Shown: positions 36,377 through 45,546 of the stretch, piece after piece | Layout: each line of letters starts with the position of its first letter | Position numbering within the stretch: the stretch's first letter is position 1 | IMG/VR virus record: IMGVR_UViG_3300037041_001930 | DNA length: 64,000 nucleotides | Direction: 5' to 3' (one strand) | Source: a virus | Lineage: Duplodnaviria; Caudoviricetes | The notes under the pieces: model-generated | What the model was told of the DNA's origin: nothing | The model's input: only the letters and a program-made list of their open reading frames with translations | The model's database searches: none | Translations under genes and position numbers: made by a program

Positions 36377-36393
36377 GTTGACTCCCTGTAAAG
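36377..36393. promoter_or_regulatory. Dyad operator-like site 1 (TTTACWGNNNGTCAA)
   Basis: Plus strand GTTGACTCCCTGTAAAG; the minus strand reads TTTACA-N15-TAGGCT upstream of 36345. Confidence 0.55.
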
Positions 36394-36396
36394 AGA

Positions 36397-36439
36397 CAAA
36401 ACGAGTCGAGGTCACGTCCCCGGGGAGACGTGACCTCGA
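36397..36439 (-). terminator. Intrinsic terminator after 36459..36938
   Basis: 13-bp inverted repeat tcgaggtcacgtc (36406-36418) / gacgtgacctcga (36427-36439) followed on the minus strand by CTCGTTTTGT. Confidence 0.85.
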
Positions 36440-36458
36440 TTCCTAGAATCACTTGAGA

Positions 36459-36938
36459 TTAGGGAATGAAGGCGATGGCTTCGACGGCGACATCCCAACC
36501 CACGGTTTCAGCGGCGGCGCCGGTGACCTTGAGCTTGAGGACATTGGTGTCGTTGATCAAGGCGACGACATAGGCGGCTTCACCGATGTGATCAACCACA
36601 GTGGGGGAGCCGGATTCCAACAGGGTGACTGTTGAACCCACGACCTTGACGAGGTAGCGACGGATCTCGGCGGCGACTTTGGCACCATCGGATTTGCGAG
36701 CCACGGCTTTGACTTCGATCAGGCTGACGCTGCCATCGGCGAAGATGCCTGCGGGGAGGCGTTGGTCACCGTTCTGAAAGAGTTCAGTGGCGGTGGCGTT
36801 GGTTGTGGTGCCGAGGAAGTTGAATTTCTCGACATTACGGTTTTCCAGGGCACGCTTGGTCTTGGCGCGGCCTGTACTGCGTTCGCGGGAATCCACGGGA
36901 AGGCGGAGAGCGCCGGCTTCATTGATACCTTTGGTCAT
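36459..36938 (-). CDS. Hypothetical beta-rich protein, 159 aa (possibly structural)
   Basis: CCAGGAG RBS; flanked by terminators on both sides. Confidence 0.8.
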   Translation of the reverse strand: MTKGINEAGALRLPVDSRERSTGRAKTKRALENRNVEKFNFLGTTTNATATELFQNGDQRLPAGIFADGSVSLIEVKAVARKSDGAKVAAEIRRYLVKVVGSTVTLLESGSPTVVDHIGEAAYVVALINDTNVLKLKVTGAAAETVGWDVAVEAIAFIP

Positions 36939-37032
36939 GGGAAATCTCCTGGAAGAGTTGACGAGGACGTCGGTGAAGTCCCTAGAGTAAGTGGGATCTC
37001 AGGTTGTGGAAGAGGGGTTCGGCGTCGCCAGC

Positions 37033-37064
37033 AATAAAAGGGCCCTCAGGTTTCCCTGAGGGCC
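37033..37064 (-). terminator. Intrinsic terminator
   Basis: Minus strand GGCCCTCAGG-GAAA-CCTGAGGGCC-CTTTTATT (10-bp stem, GNRA loop, U tract). Confidence 0.9.
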
Positions 37065-37136
37065 GCTCCGACACCGAAGTGTCCACCAATCTATCACTGT
37101 CGCCCAATTCACCCACCCCTGAGGACCTGGGCGACC
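37033..37136 (-). ncRNA. Candidate ~100-nt structured small RNA or attenuator leader
   Basis: Own promoter at 37142-37169; hairpin GTCGCCCA/TGGGCGAC, C(UUCG)G hairpin 37070-37083, terminator 37041-37064. Confidence 0.5.
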
Positions 37137-37141
37137 CCAGA

Positions 37142-37169
37142 AATCTACCATGGCTTGGGGATCCGACAA
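37142..37169 (-). promoter_or_regulatory. Sigma70-like promoter TTGTCG-N16-TAGATT with extended -10 (TGn)
   Basis: Directly after the nrdJ stop; predicted +1 near 37135-37136 coincides with the first hairpin. Confidence 0.55.
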
Positions 37170-37178
37170 GGCCTACTA

Positions 37179-40100
37179 TCAGGCGTGTTGTAAGGTGCAG
37201 GCTCCACCCGCACATGCCATCTCAGGTTGGGTACCCTTGGTGCCATCGTGTTCCTCGACCATCAGGGAGTAGTCGACATCACGCCAGCTCCGGGTCAAAC
37301 GTTCCCAGAGGTGGAGGTTGTTGACTTCCTTGAGGCAATAGGTCATCTGCTTCAGCGCAGCGTCACGGTCAGCCTTGCGCTCATAAGTCATCTCTACTGG
37401 GCACTGGAAGTAATTCTCTGCGAACTTCCTGGCCCTACGTATCCAATCCTTCTTGAGTTCATGGACGTGCTCATAGGCCTCGCGGATGGCATCAGGGAGT
37501 GCATCGGGATCCCCAGGATATGGAACACCATTGGCGAGAACGGCGGCTTCACCAAGCCCCATCACGGTATCACATGCCAACCAGAGATTGTTACCAAAGG
37601 CGTGGAGTCCATCTACGATGAGACCAGATGCAAAGAAGGCGCCGCGACCATAGCGCTCCAGGATCTCACTTTCCGTGCGGACCTCGCAGAACGGGGCCTG
37701 GGGGTAATCGAGATCCCCTGATGTCCCCAGGATGCTGACCCCCGTGAAGGACTCACGGTTATCGTAGATGTACCGTGCCGCGGCCTCCTCTTGGGTCTGC
37801 CGGATCGTGATCGTGTTGGAGACATTGTGGTGCAGCCAGGGCTTCACTGCTCTCGCGGGGACACTGCCAGCGGCGACCCAGTTGTCCTGGGTGAGTTTGA
37901 CGTACTCGAGCTGCTTGAGCCCATTGACCTCGCGCCGCGTCAGGGCCTCATCGGAGGCCTCGATGCAGAACGTGATCACCGCGGTGTTACCATTGGGCTC
38001 CCACACCGAGCGTTCAATGGCATCGGGATTGTGGACCTTGAAGTATTGGAAGGGGGCCTCGTTGATGTTGGCCTGGGCCCTACGGAAGTATCTCTTGGCG
38101 TGCTGGGCATGAATACCGCTAGAGGTCCCGAGCAGGCAAGACGTCGAACCCGCGGGTTTAACACATGTCGCCCGTGCAGTTGGCCGGATACCCAGACGAG
38201 GTGCGAGATGCGCGTTGACATCGAGGATGAGCTGGGCCAGGGCGCGTTGCTTCTGGGGATCAAAAGACTGTGTGGGGTTGTCCATCATCCCGGTCATGGA
38301 GACCCCGAGCAGGGCCTCACGCTTCGCAATGCACTCGCTGACATTGCCGAGGTAGTCGAACTTGGTGTACCCGGCCTGGAGTGTGCCCAGGATCGCCGCA
38401 GCGGTACACGCGAGACCCCAGTCCTTATCGGTGCGGCACGCCTTCGCGTTGACTTCACAGAGGTTGCATTGCTTGGTGAGTACGTTGTTGAACACACAAC
38501 AATGTGTGTCCGGTTCCTCTAAGCAGTAGGTATCACCTTTTCCTAAGAAATTTACTGACCGGATTATCTGGTGCTTGCCCTTGCAGCGTGGGGTGTACCC
38601 CTTAGATGTATCCAAGCGATGACACGGTATCTTCTGGCACTCAGTAATCTGGATATACCATGATGCCTCAGTCCGTTCCCCAAAGTTGGTGGCGGCATCA
38701 TTATGAAGATTGACGGAGCACAGGATTCCAACTCGGCTTAATAGAAGCTGGGCGTCGCGACAACGTGACTCGGTACCGTAAATCCGGATACCATTGCCAG
38801 CCTGGGAACCATCGGCATCAGCCCACCCCGCGATGAATGATAAGATGCTATCCGATGACCACGCGTGTAGATCACGCAAGGCGTTCGGATCTCTTTTCAA
38901 TCGTGTAGCAAAACCAACGTCGATATCAAAAACGATATCAACTGAGTCGACCCCGTATCCTGGTTTCCTGACACGCGGGCCCCGCTTGCCATCTAGTGGT
39001 AGATCAATTTTAGGACCATATAGAGTTGCCTTCGCACGCCCTTTACCGTGAAGAGGTTCCGTGTGACCATCCCCAAGTAGGAAACCCATCTCATAGGCAC
39101 AGGGTTCATCGAGCCCTGGCTGCTCCTGAAAACCACTACGGGGAACATGGATGGGGTGATCCGAGAATTGTAATAGTTTACCAGTGGGCACCTCAGAGTA
39201 TCCCTTGCCAAATCTATCTTTTACCAACCAGACATGATCCTCAGTGCAGTCGAGAAAACTGCCATCGCTGAGCTCAACTCGATAGAGCTTCCGATTACTG
39301 CCAGTGGAAAACGGTTTAGCCACGCACCACCTGGTGCCATTCCATATCTTTATCTGCTTACCGACTACATCCTTGATAGCGTGGATGCCGTCCTCAGTCA
39401 TCAGAAGCGTATCCCCGCCGACGCAGAATGCCCAACCACTGAGCTCATCGTCTTGGTTGACTATTGCGGCGTGGGTGGATCCATCATTGAAATCGACGTC
39501 AACGAGCCGACGCCCATCCTGCAGTAACTGGGTACGTGATGCGGGGTCGTTCAGGATCTCCTTGAGATCCTTCCGAGAAATCGCGGGGTACATCCCAGTT
39601 TCCACGCAGGGGTTCACCATGAGCTCCGTGCTATCCGACCACACGAACCCGGGCTCCCCGTACTGGCGACGCGCCAACATGAAGATGTCATGGAAGGCTT
39701 CCCAGGAGGTCTCACCACGGATCAGCATCGCCGAGTTATTAGAACGCGCGCGCTGTGGGTTGTCCTGCATCCAGTTCCCAGTCTTCGCATTCATCATCTC
39801 GTGGTCGTCGACACTGAACAAGCAGATCGTGGCACTGCGGCGAACCCCGCCGGCGAGGACGGCATCCGAGGCGTGCATGATGATGTCATAGACGTCGATG
39901 GGGCGGAGACGGCAGTCCTCACCATGGCAGCGAGTCAGCGCGGCATCGAGGACCCCTCTGATCTTCTCTAGGGATGCTGACAGCGGCCCAGGCCCCGGGG
40001 CCTTGCCGGCACCCGTGCTCAGACTCGAGCCCTGGTTACGGATCCGGGAGTAATCGAAGCTGACATGACTGCCCATGTAATCAGAGAAGCATCCGGGGTG

Positions 40101-40649
40101 TTGGAAGGACACCTGGGAATCATTGCCTGGTGCGGTTTCTTCCGCGAACTCGTTCATACCACTGCCAAGACATCCATAGGACGCCAGGAGGACACCAAGG
40201 GCATCCGCCCAGCCTTCAACAGAGTCGGCAACCGTGAACACCTTGATCTGATGTTTATCCACGGCGATTAACTTGGGCAGCTTGGCGACGTGGTGGAGTT
40301 GAACCGAGAACCCGGTGCCGCAGCCACAGAGCAGGAGATACAAGCACTCCTGGAAGAAGCGGGGGCGATCCGCGTAGGACCCCGAGCAGTTGAACGCACG
40401 GGCTTCCTTCCTCAGGATAGGGGAACCTCCGAACTGAAGAGCTCTCTGGGAGCCTAGAACCAAACCAGCCTTCATGGCTTCCAGACAGGTCTTCAACTCA
40501 GCTTCGATATCAAACCCTTTGTACTTCGTGCGGTGCATGTCGATGACGCGTTCAAAACTCTCACTTGGTATCTCTCGGCGATTCAGTTCAGGGATAAAGC
40601 ATCCATAAGACGCTGCGAACTTATAGGCTGCTAGGGATTGCGTTGTCAT
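37179..40649 (-). CDS. nrdJ: Class II (adenosylcobalamin-dependent, RTPR-like) ribonucleotide reductase with intein; ~837 aa after splicing
   Basis: GSQRALQFGG, FNCS, LLCGCGTGFSV, GGVRRSA, NPCVE, CNLCE, TCVKPAGSTS, C-terminal CAGGAC; start moved to ATG 40649 (GGAG RBS). Confidence 0.93.
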   Translation of the reverse strand: MTTQSLAAYKFAASYGCFIPELNRREIPSESFERVIDMHRTKYKGFDIEAELKTCLEAMKAGLVLGSQRALQFGGSPILRKEARAFNCSGSYADRPRFFQECLYLLLCGCGTGFSVQLHHVAKLPKLIAVDKHQIKVFTVADSVEGWADALGVLLASYGCLGSGMNEFAEETAPGNDSQVSFQHPGCFSDYMGSHVSFDYSRIRNQGSSLSTGAGKAPGPGPLSASLEKIRGVLDAALTRCHGEDCRLRPIDVYDIIMHASDAVLAGGVRRSATICLFSVDDHEMMNAKTGNWMQDNPQRARSNNSAMLIRGETSWEAFHDIFMLARRQYGEPGFVWSDSTELMVNPCVETGMYPAISRKDLKEILNDPASRTQLLQDGRRLVDVDFNDGSTHAAIVNQDDELSGWAFCVGGDTLLMTEDGIHAIKDVVGKQIKIWNGTRWCVAKPFSTGSNRKLYRVELSDGSFLDCTEDHVWLVKDRFGKGYSEVPTGKLLQFSDHPIHVPRSGFQEQPGLDEPCAYEMGFLLGDGHTEPLHGKGRAKATLYGPKIDLPLDGKRGPRVRKPGYGVDSVDIVFDIDVGFATRLKRDPNALRDLHAWSSDSILSFIAGWADADGSQAGNGIRIYGTESRCRDAQLLLSRVGILCSVNLHNDAATNFGERTEASWYIQITECQKIPCHRLDTSKGYTPRCKGKHQIIRSVNFLGKGDTYCLEEPDTHCCVFNNVLTKQCNLCEVNAKACRTDKDWGLACTAAAILGTLQAGYTKFDYLGNVSECIAKREALLGVSMTGMMDNPTQSFDPQKQRALAQLILDVNAHLAPRLGIRPTARATCVKPAGSTSCLLGTSSGIHAQHAKRYFRRAQANINEAPFQYFKVHNPDAIERSVWEPNGNTAVITFCIEASDEALTRREVNGLKQLEYVKLTQDNWVAAGSVPARAVKPWLHHNVSNTITIRQTQEEAAARYIYDNRESFTGVSILGTSGDLDYPQAPFCEVRTESEILERYGRGAFFASGLIVDGLHAFGNNLWLACDTVMGLGEAAVLANGVPYPGDPDALPDAIREAYEHVHELKKDWIRRARKFAENYFQCPVEMTYERKADRDAALKQMTYCLKEVNNLHLWERLTRSWRDVDYSLMVEEHDGTKGTQPEMACAGGACTLQHA
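38469..39425 (-). mobile_element. Intein with LAGLIDADG endonuclease (319 aa), C-terminal Gln
   Basis: Starts CVGGDTLLMT and ends VFNNVLTKQ before Cys+1 of CNLCE; EMGFLLGDG and FIAGWADADGS blocks; AT-richer than the flanks. Confidence 0.92.
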
Positions 40650-40704
40650 ATGACACTCCATGTAGTCGTTGGTTTTTTCGTCACAGGTGCTACATCCTGT
40701 GGGG

Positions 40705-40721
40705 GTTTACTGTCAGTCAAG
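40705..40721. promoter_or_regulatory. Dyad operator-like site 2, upstream of nrdJ
   Basis: GTTTACTGTCAGTCAAG; supplies a TTGACT -35-like hexamer on the minus strand. Confidence 0.7.
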
Positions 40722-40736
40722 TCTGGTTGTGTTGGC

Positions 40737-41021
40737 CTAAGTGCGACGTCGGGTGGGTTGTGTTGCCACGCGTTCTGTTTCCAGAATGGTTACGCGTGTT
40801 TTCAAGTCTTCCACTGAATTCAGGAGATCAACACAGAGGTCAAGGAAGGGTGCGGACTCCTTGAGTTTCTTTTTAATCGGGGTAGATGTCGAGGGGGCCC
40901 CGGGCGCGCGGACCACTGGAGTCTTCCTGTAGCCGACACCATCGCCAGCGAGCATGCGGTCGGTGGTGGGCGCGTACTCCACCGGCGTACACCGTGGAGC
41001 CGGTTTCGTTTTCTTTTTCAT
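40737..41021 (-). CDS. Hypothetical basic protein, 94 aa
   Basis: Operon-packed; C-terminal coiled coil LLNSVEDLKTRVTILE. Confidence 0.7.
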   Translation of the reverse strand: MKKKTKPAPRCTPVEYAPTTDRMLAGDGVGYRKTPVVRAPGAPSTSTPIKKKLKESAPFLDLCVDLLNSVEDLKTRVTILETERVATQPTRRRT

Positions 41022-41024
41022 GAA

Positions 41025-41219
41025 TCACCCGACGGCTGCCATTGCAGCGGCGAAAGCGGCTTGCGGGAATCTCACCGTGGCGGCGTCGAGTCCCCGAAAT
41101 CTCACGTTCACAAAATTGGGATCATCGTCGGGAGCATACCAAGTGATCTTGGTAAGATCATAGGCAGGACCATCGGCCCCATTCGGATACCAGATCTGTG
41201 GGGATGTCACAAGTGCCAT
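41025..41219 (-). CDS. 64-aa protein, free-standing copy of a repeated module
   Basis: WYPNG..AYDLTKITW..VNVRF..VRFPQAAFAAAM; homologous to 41291..41485 and to the C-terminus of 41485..44853. Confidence 0.75.
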   Translation of the reverse strand: MALVTSPQIWYPNGADGPAYDLTKITWYAPDDDPNFVNVRFRGLDAATVRFPQAAFAAAMAAVG

Positions 41220-41290
41220 ACGATTCCCTTACTCTATCGAGGTCAAAGATGGCTGGATTCTGGCAGGTCAAGTCGAGGCGCAAGTCGGGG

Positions 41291-41485
41291 TCAGAACCCA
41301 GACCCCTCAGCGGCGTCCAGCGCAGCCGCCCATGCCACGGCATCAAAGGTGACAAGCACGTTGGGCTGCGAGGCAAAGCGGACAACAACCTTGTCGGTGC
41401 CGTAGGGCTGCCACATCACGGCTTCACGCACATTGTATGTGGCACCGCCGACAACAGGAGTAAAGAAGTTATCTGTGACAGCCAT
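41291..41485 (-). CDS. 64-aa protein, free-standing copy of the same module
   Basis: FFTPVVGGATYNVREAVMW..VVVRFASQPNVLVTFDAVAWAAAL. Confidence 0.75.
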   Translation of the reverse strand: MAVTDNFFTPVVGGATYNVREAVMWQPYGTDKVVVRFASQPNVLVTFDAVAWAAALDAAEGSGF

Positions 41486-44400
41486 TATGACCTCGACTTC
41501 GACGCCTGCATGGCGGTCTCAAAAGCATTGAGATCAAAACTCACGTTGACATCAGGGGAATCAGCGAAACGTACAAGTGAAGGCGTGCTACGGTTCCAAG
41601 TCGCCACCCAATCCAGGTTATAGTACACGCTACCCCCATAGGGGTTCCACCACTGGAGACTCGAGGGCAGCGCTGCCAGGAACGTGGCGCGGGGGATGCG
41701 AAGCGGGGGATTCACTGGCATCTGGGAATCCTCGGCCATCGCCGAGTACGCCATCCAGACATCCACGTACCCCAGGGCCGGGTAATCCACATACCTCTGA
41801 ACGAAGAGCACGTTGAGCGTGGTCTGCCCAATGATGAGGTCAGGCAACGCCGAAGCTATAACAGGGCTGCCGAGGAGAGTCGGACTACTTGAACGCGAGA
41901 GGTCCCACTGGGTCAGGAACCAGGCACGACTGAAATGGATCGGGGAGTATGGGTTGCCAAAGAAGATCGCCGATATCGACTGGGTGTCGTCCTTAAACGA
42001 GACCAGCCAACGGAGATCATAGATAGCGCCATTACTGGATTCATAGAAATGTGAGCTACCAAAGATAACGTTGTGGTTGTCCCCGCGATCCTTGATACCC
42101 CCGCGCGCATACACCGGGCTCCCCGCACTGGCGTTACACCATGCTATGCCCTGAGAAGAGTTTCCTTTGATGTAGCTGCTCGAGCTCGCACCAGACCGGC
42201 TCACGAGATTCCAGGCCCCGGCGGCCTGGAGATCGAGACCCTCGATCTTGATCTGGCCACCACGCAGGGTTGCCCCGACATAGTTCAACAGTGCCGCTGA
42301 AGTCAGCGTGAGTGCACCAAAGGCGTCGAGCACCCTGGCGTGGAGATCCACACTGGACCCCGCGAGAGCCGTGAAGGCACCAGTGGTGAGTACGACATCA
42401 TTAGAAAGATCGAGAATCGTGCCGGCACCAGAGACCAGGATGGAAGGGAATGCTGCGGGGAGCCCACCGTTGATCTGGAACTGCTGACGCACCCCACCAA
42501 CGAAGTCAACTCTGGGGACTCCATTAGAGACCACGTTGACCCCGGCCCCGATGACCAGCTTCCCGGTAAACTTGGCAAGAGATGCACCTGCACCTGAATG
42601 CGGCATCGCCGCGATACCCCATCGAGTCGTACCCCCGGATCTACCGAGGGTGACATCACCATACGTGATGTCGACGACATCTGCGTTTCCAACGGGGTAA
42701 TCGAAAAAGTAATCGCTGCCGCCACCGGCGACATAGGTGTACGTGAAACTCGAGATATTCGCGATGACTCCGTCACGTGCCTGAATCTGCATGACCTTGT
42801 TACCAGATGTGCGCTTCGCGAGGAGACCCGCGATATTCACGTTTCCTGGCCCCTCGAATCGACATTCGAGATTTGCGGACGCACCAGTGGCCTCCATGGT
42901 GAAGCCACCTTGGAGGTCAACACTACCGTTGAATATGAGCCTACACAGGTTGCCCCAGAGACCCTTGAGAGTCACGGGAGACGTGAAGACGTGACCAGTG
43001 GGCACCGAGTAGATCGTGTTGCCACTGGGACCCTCACGGAACTCAATGGGGCACGTGAAGACCACACTGGCAGGGGCCGGCAGAGGAGTCGACTTCAGGG
43101 TGTCCAGGATGAGCGTGGGGGTTCCAGCAATCGTACTCCCCGACCCCGTGATCAGAGTGGGGTAGCTGGCCACACCCCCAGCTAACCGCAGATTCCCAGA
43201 CACAAGGGTGAGAACAACCCCGGTTCCAAGTGTGATCCCGAGGAGATTCGCACCAGGTCCGACAACAGTGATATTCATCAACTTCTCGGTACCACCCATG
43301 TCTAACACTGCGGAGTAGTTAAATGCGAGACGAGACGGTATCTTCTGAGAAGGCGTGGAACTGAATACCACTGAGGCCCCTGCGCAATCCACGGCCAGGA
43401 CACCGCCCCAACTATTGTTGGCATCAGTGATCGTAAACTTGGAGAAATCGAACACGTAGTTGTCGCGTCGAAGCGTGACATTGTTGTTCGCGTAATTTAT
43501 AGTTAAACCAGTTTCGACCACAGTAAGCGCGAAAGTCCATGTGAGCGCAGAGTCAATGGCAAGCCCGAAGACTTTGGAGCCCAGGGTAAGATTGCCGGTG
43601 CCCGCAGGGGAGTCACCCCCGATGAAAAAGTAATGGTTGGTGTTCAGCCCACTCGCGGTGAGCCCACCTGCGAAGGTGTTCGCCCCGGTGACATGGAAAC
43701 CGTTGTCATTCTCCATGGTGTTCTTAGTGGTCTGGGACACACAGGACAGCCCGGCCGAATAGCCGATCTCACTGCCGATGGCCCCTGACAAGTTGACCCG
43801 GCACCCCGCACTGGTCGGCATGATTATGAATGTGCGTGTCCCGGCACCATTGAGCAGCGTAATCGCACCTGTGAAATTCACAGGGCTCTGCGCTCTCACA
43901 TGGAGCTTTACAGTGCCCCCGACTTCGATGGCACCACTAAACGTGTAATTGGCACTCAAGCCCGCAGGCATCGAGATCGTAGAAGTCGTGTTGCCGATCC
44001 CCAGTGCCATGTTGGTCGCAAAGGTTCGGGTAGCTCCTGCATCGACATACCACTCGAAGTAGGAGCCCTCGTAGAGGGAGATCTTTCCGGTTCCAAAGGA
44101 GTGAGTAGTCGTGGCGCCAGAGTAACTCAAGGAGAGTTGAACCCCAGCGGCGACTACTGTATTCCGGTGAGCCGGGAATGTCGTCGAACTCGAGTGCGCG
44201 TAAGCCCCACCATTGACCAGGATGTCATGTGCACCGGTCACAGAACCCGTGGTGAGCAGGAATCCCGAGCTCGTGTTGTCGATCGTGAAATCCGTCTTCA
44301 GCAGAAGCGGAGCCGAGATCGTAACAGTGTTGGATCCCGAGACCTGGTAGTACCGGGAGATCGAGAGGTTGCCACCATTCGATGCCGCCAGGGTCTTTTC

Positions 44401-44853
44401 ACCACTGGAGTCACTGGTGATGGTCAATATCGTGGTGTCCCCGTAGAAGGTGAATACCTTGGTCCCCGAGTTCGTGAGATGTAACTTGGTGATGACTTTA
44501 CCAGCGAAGTCGTAAGTAGCCGTGGATTCAATGACCCATCTACCCGTGGCATCGCTTACAGTCACCCCACTGGATAACGCGAGAGCGGTGACCCCAGCAG
44601 CCATAACTGCGAAATCAAAGGTGCCTAAGCTGAGGGTGCCCGTGTAACCCGTGAAGACCGCAGTGTTGACCGTGAGATTCGCACTCAGGGTACACGCATC
44701 ATTGTTCCCCGCACCACTGCCATCAAAACGGATGTCATCGGCGGCAAGAGAGCCCGCGGCGGCCGCAGTGGTGCCCCCGATGTCCGTGGTGTAGTTCTGA
44801 CGCTTATTCGCGTCGGAGTCGCCGACTTTGTTGTGCCAATAAAGGGTGGCCAT
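41485..44853 (-). CDS. Beta-helix tailspike/adhesin-like protein, 1122 aa, with C-terminal repeated modules
   Basis: N-terminal MATLYW..DDIRFDG..GYTGTL; G/T/S-rich beta-helix repeats such as VTGANTFAGGLT and LSGAIG (autotransporter-passenger-like). Confidence 0.7.
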   Translation of the reverse strand: MATLYWHNKVGDSDANKRQNYTTDIGGTTAAAAGSLAADDIRFDGSGAGNNDACTLSANLTVNTAVFTGYTGTLSLGTFDFAVMAAGVTALALSSGVTVSDATGRWVIESTATYDFAGKVITKLHLTNSGTKVFTFYGDTTILTITSDSSGEKTLAASNGGNLSISRYYQVSGSNTVTISAPLLLKTDFTIDNTSSGFLLTTGSVTGAHDILVNGGAYAHSSSTTFPAHRNTVVAAGVQLSLSYSGATTTHSFGTGKISLYEGSYFEWYVDAGATRTFATNMALGIGNTTSTISMPAGLSANYTFSGAIEVGGTVKLHVRAQSPVNFTGAITLLNGAGTRTFIIMPTSAGCRVNLSGAIGSEIGYSAGLSCVSQTTKNTMENDNGFHVTGANTFAGGLTASGLNTNHYFFIGGDSPAGTGNLTLGSKVFGLAIDSALTWTFALTVVETGLTINYANNNVTLRRDNYVFDFSKFTITDANNSWGGVLAVDCAGASVVFSSTPSQKIPSRLAFNYSAVLDMGGTEKLMNITVVGPGANLLGITLGTGVVLTLVSGNLRLAGGVASYPTLITGSGSTIAGTPTLILDTLKSTPLPAPASVVFTCPIEFREGPSGNTIYSVPTGHVFTSPVTLKGLWGNLCRLIFNGSVDLQGGFTMEATGASANLECRFEGPGNVNIAGLLAKRTSGNKVMQIQARDGVIANISSFTYTYVAGGGSDYFFDYPVGNADVVDITYGDVTLGRSGGTTRWGIAAMPHSGAGASLAKFTGKLVIGAGVNVVSNGVPRVDFVGGVRQQFQINGGLPAAFPSILVSGAGTILDLSNDVVLTTGAFTALAGSSVDLHARVLDAFGALTLTSAALLNYVGATLRGGQIKIEGLDLQAAGAWNLVSRSGASSSSYIKGNSSQGIAWCNASAGSPVYARGGIKDRGDNHNVIFGSSHFYESSNGAIYDLRWLVSFKDDTQSISAIFFGNPYSPIHFSRAWFLTQWDLSRSSSPTLLGSPVIASALPDLIIGQTTLNVLFVQRYVDYPALGYVDVWMAYSAMAEDSQMPVNPPLRIPRATFLAALPSSLQWWNPYGGSVYYNLDWVATWNRSTPSLVRFADSPDVNVSFDLNAFETAMQASKSRS

Positions 44854-44863
44854 TGTGCTGGCC

Positions 44864-45490
44864 TCAGAACTTGATCAGGCCGGTATGGTACCCAAATGAC
44901 TTCGAGGTGTAGTCTCCAAAGCAGCAGAGATGGAAGGCGGTGAGACTGTCGAGGGCATCCGTCCAATCTGACTTCAGGCGGCCCGTGACGTCTTCGACAC
45001 CACCACTGGGGATCGCTTGGATCCAGGACAGCAGCTTGATGTTGATCTCCGACGTCAGGTAGTAGGCGTCCTGACTCAAGGTGACCACGGCGCGTGCAAT
45101 CGAGAGGGCCTGAGCATTGATCTCATTGGCAGGGGTCGAGTTCCCGGCGTCCATCCAGACCGCGCAGGTCGTGGCCACCGCAGACTTCGTGGTCTTGGGG
45201 TCCACGGCTGCCAGCGTTGGCGCGGAATCATTGTTGACCGAGTAGAGGCGCCAGAGATCGGATCCCAGGGCGTACCATTTATCGACGGTGCGGCCATCAC
45301 CACGCCAGTTCTCGAAACGTGCAGCACGTGTTCCCGGGGCAACCCCCAGCGCAGGGATCATGTCGGCAAGCCAGACATCACGGAAGACTCGCCCGATCTG
45401 GGCAAGCTCTTTCTGGAGACGCATGATGTTGCGTGCGGTGTCCTGAATGCGGGTTTCGGTTTCACGTACCCGTGTTTCGATGATTGACAT
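44864..45490 (-). CDS. Hypothetical protein (~208 aa)
   Basis: Start moved to ATG 45490 (MSIIETRVRE) to avoid overlap with 45547.. Confidence 0.7.
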   Translation of the reverse strand: MSIIETRVRETETRIQDTARNIMRLQKELAQIGRVFRDVWLADMIPALGVAPGTRAARFENWRGDGRTVDKWYALGSDLWRLYSVNNDSAPTLAAVDPKTTKSAVATTCAVWMDAGNSTPANEINAQALSIARAVVTLSQDAYYLTSEINIKLLSWIQAIPSGGVEDVTGRLKSDWTDALDSLTAFHLCCFGDYTSKSFGYHTGLIKF

Positions 45491-45546
45491 GTTGGCACCC
45501 CTATCGATTCGAGAGCTTATGTACGCCCCGGCGTCAGCAAGACCGC

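Noticed and set aside
40650-40736. Cobalamin riboswitch or NrdR box upstream of nrdJ
   Set aside because: The leader is too short for a B12 riboswitch and shows no NrdR-box pattern; only a 6-bp hairpin and the dyad site are present.
41245-41275. GACTTGACCTGCCAGAATCC upstream of 41219 as a sixth dyad site
   Set aside because: Has TTGAC but lacks the GTAAA half-site.
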